From the NCBI GenBank assembly GCA_963996465.1, contig CAXEHI010000047.1, forward strand, positions 1 through 55,028: a DNA stretch of 55,028 nucleotides, in the 5' to 3' direction. The notes under the pieces were generated by a model. The model was not told where the DNA came from. It worked only from the letters and a program-made list of their open reading frames with translations, and ran no database searches. The translations under genes and the position numbers were made by a program. The stretch is from an uncultured Thermoplasmata archaeon (lineage in GTDB: Archaea; Thermoplasmatota; Poseidoniia; MGIII; CG-Epi1). Shown in pieces: positions 29,371-37,985 of this stretch (within the stretch, counting starts at the first letter, position 1; every line of letters starts with the position of its first letter).

Positions 29371-30261
29371 CTGTTTATTAACAATTATTTAAAAGCGATA
29401 AAAGGTTCGACCAAGAGATACCTTCAGATAGATCTAAATTATAAATTTCATATCATTACAGATATAATCGATTTATTACTCGTAATCGTTGCGTTTACAG
29501 TTTTAGGAGGTTATGTAGACAATAATACTGATTTAGGAATATCGGGCAATATATCTACTTCTACCTATGATCTTCAAGGGTTTTTACTAATAGGTGTTCT
29601 TTTTTGGGCACTTTATCAAAGATCTTATGAAGATACAGTAGCCGTTTTACCAGATGAAGCTTCAAGAGGAACTATCGGATTTTTAATCACCAACAATGTT
29701 AGTTTGTCAACACTTCTAATATCGCGAAACATAGCTTCCACAATCAAATCTATTTTGATGGTGGTTTTCATAGTAATCCCAGTCTTGCTCGTAATAGATA
29801 AATTCTTTCGAGATTCCGATTCTACCCTCTTCTCTGGCTTAAATCTTCACACCCTTCCAATAATATTTATAGTTTTTATTTTAATGTGGATTTTTATGCT
29901 AACCATTTCCGTTGCAGTTTCTTCTCTCAACATAATTTCTAAGAAAGTTACACCATTTGCAAATTTAGTAGTAAATGCTCTAAAAGTTTTAAGCGGATAT
30001 TACTTCCCTATAGCGGCTTTAAATGAATATTTAGGTACTGACAATTCACTTTGGCTTCAGCAAAATATACCTATAGTCACTGGGTTGGTTTTTGTTCGAG
30101 ATTTAATGTTATCTAGTAACGATATTTCATATTCTATATTCTGGGATGAATATATTAAATCAATGATTTTTGGAACTTTAATCGCTATGTTGTTGTCTTT
30201 ATTTCTTTATAAATATTTAGAGTATAAATCCCAAAGATGGGGTAGTTTGGAGTTTTACTGA
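29371..30261 (+). CDS. ABC-2 type transporter permease, apparent CTG start
   Basis: Frame is open from after the TAA at 29347-29349. Upstream TM segments and the E..RGT motif precede the track's TTG at 29704. SGYYFP motif. Confidence 0.8.
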   Translation: MFINNYLKAIKGSTKRYLQIDLNYKFHIITDIIDLLLVIVAFTVLGGYVDNNTDLGISGNISTSTYDLQGFLLIGVLFWALYQRSYEDTVAVLPDEASRGTIGFLITNNVSLSTLLISRNIASTIKSILMVVFIVIPVLLVIDKFFRDSDSTLFSGLNLHTLPIIFIVFILMWIFMLTISVAVSSLNIISKKVTPFANLVVNALKVLSGYYFPIAALNEYLGTDNSLWLQQNIPIVTGLVFVRDLMLSSNDISYSIFWDEYIKSMIFGTLIAMLLSLFLYKYLEYKSQRWGSLEFY

Positions 30262-31202
30262 TGCGCGCTTTAGAAGTTACTGATTTGATCAAAGAGTTTC
30301 CCACAGGGTACGGCCTCCCTCCTAACAGAGTAATAGAAGATATATCATTTGAAATGGATATGGGGGATAGAATGGCAATAATAGGCCCAAATGGGTGCGG
30401 TAAAACCACATTACTCAAAACATTAGCTACAATTTATCTTCCCGATTCAGGTTCCATTAAACTTTTCAGTCAAGATATGATAAAAAATCGGTCACGCGCG
30501 CGTAAAACCTTCTCTTTCGTTTCTCCCTCTTTAAATTTTCAATCTAAATTGACACTTTCACAAACTATATCTTATTTCGCTACAGTACTTCAAAAACCAC
30601 CTGAAATAGTGATACCATTTTTGAAACGAACAAATCTTTACAAAATGTGGGACTCTCGTATAGAATCTTTTTCTGAAGGTCAAAAGGCGATACTTCGTTT
30701 AGCACTCGGTTTTTTGAAACAACCAAAAATTCTTTTTTTAGATGAAGTAGTCGCTAATTTAGACGTTTCTAGAAAAGAAAGCGTCATAAATATCATAGAA
30801 GAAATGGAAGCTTATCAAGATTTAACTCTAGTTATGGTTGATCACGACCCCTATGTTGTAGATCGACTATGTAGTAAAATTTTAGTTTTGAAGGGTAATG
30901 GGACTGTCCATTCTCTCAGTAGTGTTTCCGATTTAATGAATAAGTTACATTATAATTTTTCTGTAGATGTCACTTTAAAATCAGATATACCCGATTCTAA
31001 AGCCCTTTCTATTAGTAAAGCTATGAGGAAAAATAATCTAAAAATTCGTTACTTCGCCGAAGATGAAAAAAAACTAAAAACTATCATAAATAAATTGATT
31101 TCTTTAGGTCCAATCATCCAAGAATTTACAACTTCATCTGTTTCTATGAGGGACGTTTATTATTTATTATTCGAAGGCGGATTAGATGAGGGAGGTGTAT
31201 AA
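30261..31202 (+). CDS. ABC transporter ATP-binding protein
   Basis: GPNGCGKT, variant signature FSEGQ, LFLDE, DHD H-loop; TGATG coupling to the permease. Confidence 0.9.
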   Translation: MRALEVTDLIKEFPTGYGLPPNRVIEDISFEMDMGDRMAIIGPNGCGKTTLLKTLATIYLPDSGSIKLFSQDMIKNRSRARKTFSFVSPSLNFQSKLTLSQTISYFATVLQKPPEIVIPFLKRTNLYKMWDSRIESFSEGQKAILRLALGFLKQPKILFLDEVVANLDVSRKESVINIIEEMEAYQDLTLVMVDHDPYVVDRLCSKILVLKGNGTVHSLSSVSDLMNKLHYNFSVDVTLKSDIPDSKALSISKAMRKNNLKIRYFAEDEKKLKTIINKLISLGPIIQEFTTSSVSMRDVYYLLFEGGLDEGGV

Positions 31203-33629
31203 TTGCAGTGGCGTCTAAAAATTTTCGACGATAAATATAAACCGGTCCGTATACAGGCAAAACAAAAAGTCAATGGGGAAATAATATCTTTAGATTGTGA
31301 CAAGACAGGTCAAAAAATAGTTGCTTCTACCAATACACACACCTATTTTTTCATAGATCGAAATCTAGTAGAAACAATCGAAAAAGAAGGTATCAAACAA
31401 GTTATCTTTTCTAGAGATGGTTCAAGAGTATTATTAATTTGTTTTAATGGAATTTATAGTTACGATGCATGGGGGAATGAACGTTGGGCACACAATACAG
31501 AAGAAGATATCCATTCTGCAGTTTTCTCTAAATCTGGTTCTTTTTTAGCTGTTTCTGAGGGTAAAAATTTATTATTCTTAGATAAAGAAGGGTCCATTAT
31601 TTGGAGAGAACAATCAGATAATTTCATCGGCGGTGTAGTTTTTTCCGATTCTCAAAAAATTTTAGTAGGGATGGACAAAGGAATATCTTGTTTCGAACCC
31701 AGTGGTAAAAAATTGTGGGCAACTCATACGGGAAATTTAGTTTTAGGAATTGCAACTAGTGAAAAAAACACTATAGCAATATCTGGAAAAGAACTCATTT
31801 TTATTAATAATGATGGCGAACTTATTTGGAAAGCCAAAGTAGGCCCCTTCCGTTCACTTTCAATAGCACACGATGGTGGAATAATGGTTGCAACAGACAC
31901 GTCTGTTCGTAGATTCACTCAAACAGGCAAAGAAGTTTGGAAAGTCGGTGGTGATGAATTCGTTGAAACTTGCAAATTTATGCACACTGGCGACTTTACT
32001 GCAATGGCTTTTGGTGGTGAAATTTTCAATTCTCACAACCTTCAAGCATTAGATGGAATGGGTAATGTAGTTTGGTCTTATAATGCTGGTCAAAATATCA
32101 AGGATTTAGCCATTCCTGAAAACGGCAGTGTAGTTGTAGCGGCACTTGAAAATAAAATATGGTGGTTTCAAAACACCGGCTATTTGAAAATGAGAGTAAA
32201 TTTGGATTTAGCTAAATGTTCAAAACTCATTAAGAAAGTCTCTGCATATGAGCCGGATTTGAGATTGATTATAGATAAAGCCAATTCTTCAAATTTAGAT
32301 GAATTATATAACGAAGCAGAAAATCTTTCAAAAGGTAACTATGAGACTCTTAGGAATTCGTATGACATACTTTCAGAAATCCTGTTAAGATTAGAAATAT
32401 TACATACACGTCACGTAGAATATTTAGATTCACTTCCAACGTTTCTTTCCAAATTAGGATTGGATTCAAATTTACCAGAAGTTTTGATCCCAACCCTTTA
32501 CCCACTTTATTCTTTACATTATGATGTACAATCAGATATTACTTTATCTTCATTATTAGATGATATTAAATTTAATATTAAACATCTTAAAAATCAGGAA
32601 AAAAAACTTTCAGAATCCGATACCGATTTAACGAAGGAAAAACTATCGTTTTTAACTTCAGGTCTCAAATCTCTAAGAAAAGAACAACGTTTCGTTCGTA
32701 GCTTACTTGATAAAAAATCATCTGAAAAAGACACGGTCGAAGCTTCAATTAAGAAATTGATAACTGAATGGCTACAAACTGGCAAAATTACTATGGACAC
32801 AACAACTCTTTCTGAACAAAGCAGACTCAATCATTCTGCTCAAGAAGATATTTTAGATGCAATAAGAGATAGAATGGATATGCATCTCGCTTTTGTAGAT
32901 CAAAATTCAGATTTAGATGATTTAACACTACCATCTCTTCGTTTTGAAAGTAAATCTTCCAAAGTTATTCTAAATGGTTCGATAAAGAATAACACGGACG
33001 CCACAATAGATAAAATCAGAATTCTTCTTAGAACCAATGGCGATTCTCTCGTTTTATCCGAAAATCACTCTAATAGTTTAAAGATAGGACATCTAGATTC
33101 TTCTGAAACTTATACTTTTTCTTTTAATTTTCTTCCAATTAATACAGAGACTACCGAAATCATTCTCGTAGCTGAATATGAGACTGATAAGGGCCAAATG
33201 GTGATTTCTAGACTTGGTAAAATATCTTCATCAGTAAAAGATTGTTTTGTAGTTGCTTTGGATTTAGACGGCACGGCCCATTCAGAAAAAAGAGCAGAAT
33301 ATAGAAAAAACCATTTTCAATTTACACTCAAAGTAGAAAATCTCTCTTATTCTAAACTTTTAGATTTTAATAAAACGCATTTTCGCAGTTTTTCTCTATC
33401 CGATTTACATTCGGATGATCAAAAATCAATCTCCTATTATTCTGCTAAATCAATTTTATCTGATTCTGATTATTTCTTAATGTCTATATTACAAAAAATC
33501 TCACCAAACAGGTGTGAAATTGAGTGCATTTGTTATTCTAATGACACAATAGGTGCTGAACATATTATCAAAGAACTCACTGCTGCATTCAGCGATACAA
33601 TTCTACATCTCGGCGGTAAATTAGTTTAA
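31203..33629 (+). CDS. Cytoplasmic beta-propeller (PQQ/WD-like) + helical + C-terminal sandwich/platform-like protein
   Basis: GxxxW blade motifs (GNERW, GSIIW, GKKLW, GELIW, GKEVW, GNVVW). No signal peptide or TM. GGAGGTG SD before the TTG. Confidence 0.75.
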   Translation: MQWRLKIFDDKYKPVRIQAKQKVNGEIISLDCDKTGQKIVASTNTHTYFFIDRNLVETIEKEGIKQVIFSRDGSRVLLICFNGIYSYDAWGNERWAHNTEEDIHSAVFSKSGSFLAVSEGKNLLFLDKEGSIIWREQSDNFIGGVVFSDSQKILVGMDKGISCFEPSGKKLWATHTGNLVLGIATSEKNTIAISGKELIFINNDGELIWKAKVGPFRSLSIAHDGGIMVATDTSVRRFTQTGKEVWKVGGDEFVETCKFMHTGDFTAMAFGGEIFNSHNLQALDGMGNVVWSYNAGQNIKDLAIPENGSVVVAALENKIWWFQNTGYLKMRVNLDLAKCSKLIKKVSAYEPDLRLIIDKANSSNLDELYNEAENLSKGNYETLRNSYDILSEILLRLEILHTRHVEYLDSLPTFLSKLGLDSNLPEVLIPTLYPLYSLHYDVQSDITLSSLLDDIKFNIKHLKNQEKKLSESDTDLTKEKLSFLTSGLKSLRKEQRFVRSLLDKKSSEKDTVEASIKKLITEWLQTGKITMDTTTLSEQSRLNHSAQEDILDAIRDRMDMHLAFVDQNSDLDDLTLPSLRFESKSSKVILNGSIKNNTDATIDKIRILLRTNGDSLVLSENHSNSLKIGHLDSSETYTFSFNFLPINTETTEIILVAEYETDKGQMVISRLGKISSSVKDCFVVALDLDGTAHSEKRAEYRKNHFQFTLKVENLSYSKLLDFNKTHFRSFSLSDLHSDDQKSISYYSAKSILSDSDYFLMSILQKISPNRCEIECICYSNDTIGAEHIIKELTAAFSDTILHLGGKLV

Positions 33630-33922
33630 TATTCTCTCCACTTGTGTTTACACTCTAAACATTGATATATTCTCGTTTCAGGCTCATCAGAAGCGCGTGT
33701 TTGTCTTATTATCCAAGAAGCTTTGTTATGCCCACATTTTCCACACTCTATTACAGTAGTTGGTAAGGTGCCACTAATATCATCAACCACTTCTCTTTCT
33801 TTATTACTTGCAGTAGTACTCGTAATAACTGCGCCACCTTTATCTTCTTTATATCCGCATTTTTTACATACCGATACATCACCTTCTGGGTACAATATCG
33901 TTTTACACTTGGGGCAGAACAT
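33626..33922 (-). CDS. tfs: Transcription factor S
   Basis: FCPKC..C..C and C..C..QTRASDEPET..C..C Zn ribbons with the acidic DE pair. Confidence 0.93.
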   Translation of the reverse strand: MFCPKCKTILYPEGDVSVCKKCGYKEDKGGAVITSTTASNKEREVVDDISGTLPTTVIECGKCGHNKASWIIRQTRASDEPETRIYQCLECKHKWREY

Positions 33923-34266
33923 CAATCTTCAGTAATCAAAACCGTTTGAACTGGGCATACAGATTCACAAGCTCTACAAATTATACACTCCGGCTCTCTT
34001 AGCATCAATGGTTTTTGTTTCGATGCTGTGCTATTGGGGGTATCAAACCATTCGAAAACTTCAACAGGACAAGCATCTATACAGGCCCCATCTCCTATAC
34101 ATTCATCCATATCAACACCTACAACCGTCCCCCATATTCCTAATTTATCTGAATCGGTTCCTTCGTAGGGGCGCTCATCATTCGCCCATACATCTATTTC
34201 ACAATCTTCACCAGGTATAGTCGCAACTTTATTCCAAGTACTTTGGTAATCTTCATCAATGGCCAT
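33922..34266 (-). CDS. Dicluster (7Fe-type) ferredoxin, Zfx-like
   Basis: CIGDGACIDACP and CIICRACESVCP; N-terminal extension and GIWGTVVGVD. Confidence 0.88.
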   Translation of the reverse strand: MAIDEDYQSTWNKVATIPGEDCEIDVWANDERPYEGTDSDKLGIWGTVVGVDMDECIGDGACIDACPVEVFEWFDTPNSTASKQKPLMLREPECIICRACESVCPVQTVLITED

Positions 34267-34369
34267 AGTTCAGAACCATGCATGGGGTTTTTTAAATCTA
34301 ATGATTCACATTTCAAATCATTCTCTTACTAAGCAATTTTATATTAACTACATTTTACAGTGGATTATT

Positions 34370-34636
34370 ATGGGCGAAGTAGCTATCAAATATCGTTTAA
34401 TGCCTGAGTCTCCAGAAGTAGACACAGACGCAATTATATCTAAAATTCCATCCTTATTACCGGATGATGTCAAACTAGGTGCTAGCGAAATTAAACCATT
34501 CGCATTCGGGTTACAGGCAGTATTCATATTAGTAAGGGGGCCAGATCGAGGAGGCCTTCCTGACGAACTAGAGGGAGCTTTAGGAAATATAGACGGTATA
34601 CAATCTGTCGAACTTGAAGAAATGTCTTTGATTTAA
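34370..34636 (+). CDS. ef1b: Elongation factor 1-beta
   Basis: MGEVAI..LMPESPEVD, PFAFGL; ATG at 34370. Confidence 0.93.
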   Translation: MGEVAIKYRLMPESPEVDTDAIISKIPSLLPDDVKLGASEIKPFAFGLQAVFILVRGPDRGGLPDELEGALGNIDGIQSVELEEMSLI

Positions 34637-34687
34637 TTATTTACAACTAACATACAACTTTTTATTGATTAAATTACTGGAGGTATT

Positions 34688-35869
34688 ATGGACTACGATT
34701 TAATTGTCGTTGGCGCAGGACCTGGAGGTAGCACGGCCGCGCGTTATGCGGCTGAAAACGGCGCGCGCGTTCTTTTATTAGAAAAAAGAGACAAGATAGG
34801 TTATCCAGTCAGATGTGGAGAGGGCATTGCACCAAAATGGCTGGAATTTTCAAATATACCGATAGATGATTATTGGATTTCTAAAAAAGTAAAAGGCGCA
34901 AAAATTTATTCTCCAAACGGATCATGCTTAGTTGTTGAAGATGATAATTTGGGAACTGAAGTTGGTTTGGTTATAGACAGGGTAAAATTCGATCAAACCG
35001 TTGCCGATTTGGCAGTTAAAGCTGGTGCAGAATGTCGCGTTGGTGTATTTGTAAAATCATTAATTATAGAAAATAACACGGTCAAAGGAGTAGAAGTAAC
35101 TAGTAACGGCATTGAAGAAAAAATAAGTTGTAATTTAGTTATAGGTGCAGACGGTTTCGAATCTCAAGTAGGACGTTGGGCTGGTTTGAATACCTTAACT
35201 AAACCTTCGGATTCTTGCGGAGCTCTACAATATTATCTAACTAATTTGAATATAAATCCAAATTATTGTGAATTTTATCTTTCAAAAGGTTCGAAGGGGG
35301 CATATATCTGGAGCTTTCCAAAATCTAAAACAGAATCCAATGTGGGTATTGGTTGTTTAATGAGTAGAGTTCACAGTCCGGGCGAAATAAAGGATTTACT
35401 CGATGATTTTATTTCTAATCATCCAGATTTTAGTAAAGGCACAAGCATTAATGAAATGGGCGGAGGTGTCAGTCTTTCTCCTCCATTAGATAAAACAATC
35501 CGTCAAGGCATCATGCTTGTTGGTGATGCGGCTAGACATATAGATTCTATCACAGGTGGTGGAATAGCCAATGCCTGTATCGCTGGTATGGTCGCAGGAA
35601 AAGTAGCTGCAGATTCTATTAAATCAAAAGATTATTCAGAAGAATTTTTAGAGACATATGAAAAAGGTTGGAGAGAACTAATGGAGGATAGATTGTATCA
35701 TTCTTATGTTGCCAAAACAAAACTTTCACAAGTTTCTCCAGAAATGATAGACACTGTCGTAGCTACCATGAATAGAGTGGGTGTAGCAGAACCAACCGTA
35801 CAATCAATTCTTTCCGTTTTAGATGAGTATCACCCAGATATCTTAAAAGAAGTCGGTGAAATGATTTGA
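34688..35869 (+). CDS. Digeranylgeranylglycerophospholipid reductase
   Basis: GAGPGGS, PVRCGEG, GADGFES, YIWSFPK, GDAAR..D.ITGGGI. Confidence 0.9.
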   Translation: MDYDLIVVGAGPGGSTAARYAAENGARVLLLEKRDKIGYPVRCGEGIAPKWLEFSNIPIDDYWISKKVKGAKIYSPNGSCLVVEDDNLGTEVGLVIDRVKFDQTVADLAVKAGAECRVGVFVKSLIIENNTVKGVEVTSNGIEEKISCNLVIGADGFESQVGRWAGLNTLTKPSDSCGALQYYLTNLNINPNYCEFYLSKGSKGAYIWSFPKSKTESNVGIGCLMSRVHSPGEIKDLLDDFISNHPDFSKGTSINEMGGGVSLSPPLDKTIRQGIMLVGDAARHIDSITGGGIANACIAGMVAGKVAADSIKSKDYSEEFLETYEKGWRELMEDRLYHSYVAKTKLSQVSPEMIDTVVATMNRVGVAEPTVQSILSVLDEYHPDILKEVGEMI

Positions 35870-36471
35870 AAGTTCTCATAGTAGGTGATAGACCAATTTT
35901 AGAAGATGTTTCAAGATTAGCGGAGGGTAATTTTGTTATTGCTGCAGACGGCGGCGCTAATAGATTACTAAGTCACGGTATAAGGCCAGATTTAGTTATA
36001 GGTGATATGGATTCTATATCTTCCAGTTCAAAGAGAGAACTCGAAGATGTACTTTTGGAAGACAAGAATATCAATTCTACAGATTTAGAAAAAGCATTCG
36101 ACTACGCTAAAAATCAAAACGCTTCACAAATAACTATTATAGGTTGGGCAGGCGGCCGAGTAGATCATACATTGGCTGCATTCGGTCTCGTATTCAAAGG
36201 TGCAATTTTAATTGATGAAGTGTTTCATGTAGAAGAAATAAAAGAGAAGTTTTCTTTCAGTTCTCCCGAAGGCACTATTTTTTCATTAATATCTGTTCCA
36301 ACAGCAGTTGTTTCAGTTTCTGGTTCAAGATGGGATTTAGATCAAACTACTCTGAATCTCGGAGGCCGTGCCTTACACAACGAGGCCGATTCAAGTGAAA
36401 AAGTAACTATCACTTGTCATTCAGGTAAACTAGCATTGATGAGGGGCAAATTCAGGCTTCCACACGATTAA
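35866..36471 (+). CDS. thiN: Thiamine diphosphokinase
   Basis: AADGGA, GDMDS, STDLEKA, GGRVDH. Confidence 0.9.
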   Translation: MKVLIVGDRPILEDVSRLAEGNFVIAADGGANRLLSHGIRPDLVIGDMDSISSSSKRELEDVLLEDKNINSTDLEKAFDYAKNQNASQITIIGWAGGRVDHTLAAFGLVFKGAILIDEVFHVEEIKEKFSFSSPEGTIFSLISVPTAVVSVSGSRWDLDQTTLNLGGRALHNEADSSEKVTITCHSGKLALMRGKFRLPHD

Positions 36472-37897
36472 AAATCGCTGAACTAATTATAGTAATACTG
36501 CCTGAACCAATCAAAGCAGAAAGAAAAACTCCAAGGTTAGCAAGTCCCAATTCATTTACGGGGTTTGTCAAGTATCCAATTCCGGTTCCTATGTCTGCAG
36601 TTACTGCGCCATAAACAACTACTGAAAGTAAACCAGATACAGCTCCTATCAAACTCCCTTTAGGTGTTACTTTATCTGAAAGGGTTAGAAAAATTGGCAA
36701 TACAGTGGCTGCAGCAAACAAATCCGCTACCAGAAAAATCCTAAAGACGCTTAACGTCTCATCTTCAAGATACCAAGCTAAAATAATGGCGATAGGAACT
36801 ATCGCCACAGTTGCATATCTAGCTTCTTTTAATGATATTTTACCATCTGTAATATCTCGAGAAATAACAGCTACCAAAGCATTTTGCAACGTATCTATAC
36901 TAGAACAAACTAAAGCTATTCCAATAATAATAAACATAGCAAGTATCCCTATAGAATAATTTTTAATCAGTTCAAAAAAGGCAATTGAAGGATCATTCAA
37001 AGCACCTTCTCCAGCTTTCACCGTACCAAGAAATCCCATGAGTAGTACGGCTATGAAACATAGTCCTGCAGCAAGGTAGGCTCCTTTCCGAAGTGCTAAA
37101 TCATTTTCTGAAGCCCAAGCACGTTGCCAGTTACCTTGAGAGAACATCTCAGCGGCAGTTATCGCTAACACTAATGCTAATCCAGCTTCGAAGGTTGAAT
37201 AGTCTGAAATACTTCCATGTAACCACCCCCATTCCACATCTTCTGGGGTGTATGCTTTCGCATTTTCCCACATATCGGACATTCCTGAAGTAACTATTAT
37301 TAACAAAATACATATAATCAACCAAATAACAAAATAAGCCTGTATGCGATCAGTCTTAATCGATACAGGAAGTCCGCCCATCATAGTATATGTGGTAGTT
37401 ACAATTCCAACAGCTATAATAGGTATCAACGGGTCCATACCGGATAGAAAATTCATAGCTTTTCCGATAGCAATATATTCTGCAAACATGAAAGTTAACA
37501 TATATATTATAGAAATTATTCCAACATAAATCTGCATTGTTCTTCCCATTCTCTGTTTCACATAATCGGCCAAAGTCACTCCTTCTGGAGTTATTCTTCT
37601 TATTATCGGCCCTATATTTGCTAATAAAATAAAGGGGGTAGCAGATGAAAGAGCATAACCTAGAACATCATAGAAACCACCATAGTATCCGACTTCTGAT
37701 GGGCCAAAAAGTATCCAGATTCCCATACCAGAAGCAAACAAACTTAGCCCAATACTGAGCCAAGATTGACTGTTTCTAGCAGAGAGGTATTCATCAAAGT
37801 TCGATTCTTTTTTCAGAGCATTTGTAATTCCTAACCAAGCAAAAAATCCCAATGAAATTATCATGAGAAGATATGCATAAGTTACATTCATCATCAT
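36452..37897 (-). CDS. Sodium:solute symporter family transporter
   Basis: About 13 TMs; YL.AR, YT..GGL..SI.TD..Q, WQR.WA, SSIDT. Confidence 0.88.
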   Translation of the reverse strand: MMMNVTYAYLLMIISLGFFAWLGITNALKKESNFDEYLSARNSQSWLSIGLSLFASGMGIWILFGPSEVGYYGGFYDVLGYALSSATPFILLANIGPIIRRITPEGVTLADYVKQRMGRTMQIYVGIISIIYMLTFMFAEYIAIGKAMNFLSGMDPLIPIIAVGIVTTTYTMMGGLPVSIKTDRIQAYFVIWLIICILLIIVTSGMSDMWENAKAYTPEDVEWGWLHGSISDYSTFEAGLALVLAITAAEMFSQGNWQRAWASENDLALRKGAYLAAGLCFIAVLLMGFLGTVKAGEGALNDPSIAFFELIKNYSIGILAMFIIIGIALVCSSIDTLQNALVAVISRDITDGKISLKEARYATVAIVPIAIILAWYLEDETLSVFRIFLVADLFAAATVLPIFLTLSDKVTPKGSLIGAVSGLLSVVVYGAVTADIGTGIGYLTNPVNELGLANLGVFLSALIGSGSITIISSAIFNRVEA

Positions 37898-37985
37898 TTT
37901 CCTATGTCAGTATCTATCTTATAAGTTTTCCATAAGCATGCTTTTAGGGATGTTCTCCTATTCCTATCTATTAGGGTGTTGAAAA

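Noticed and set aside
29311-33629. Mobile island at the tRNA-Thr 3' end
   Set aside because: No att repeat, integrase or obvious compositional break seen.
34259-34369. N-terminal extension of EF-1beta
   Set aside because: This is a divergent promoter region; homology begins at ATG 34370.
37898-37985. TPP riboswitch upstream of the SSS transporter
   Set aside because: Short AT-rich divergent spacer with no CUGAGA/ACCUG core motifs.
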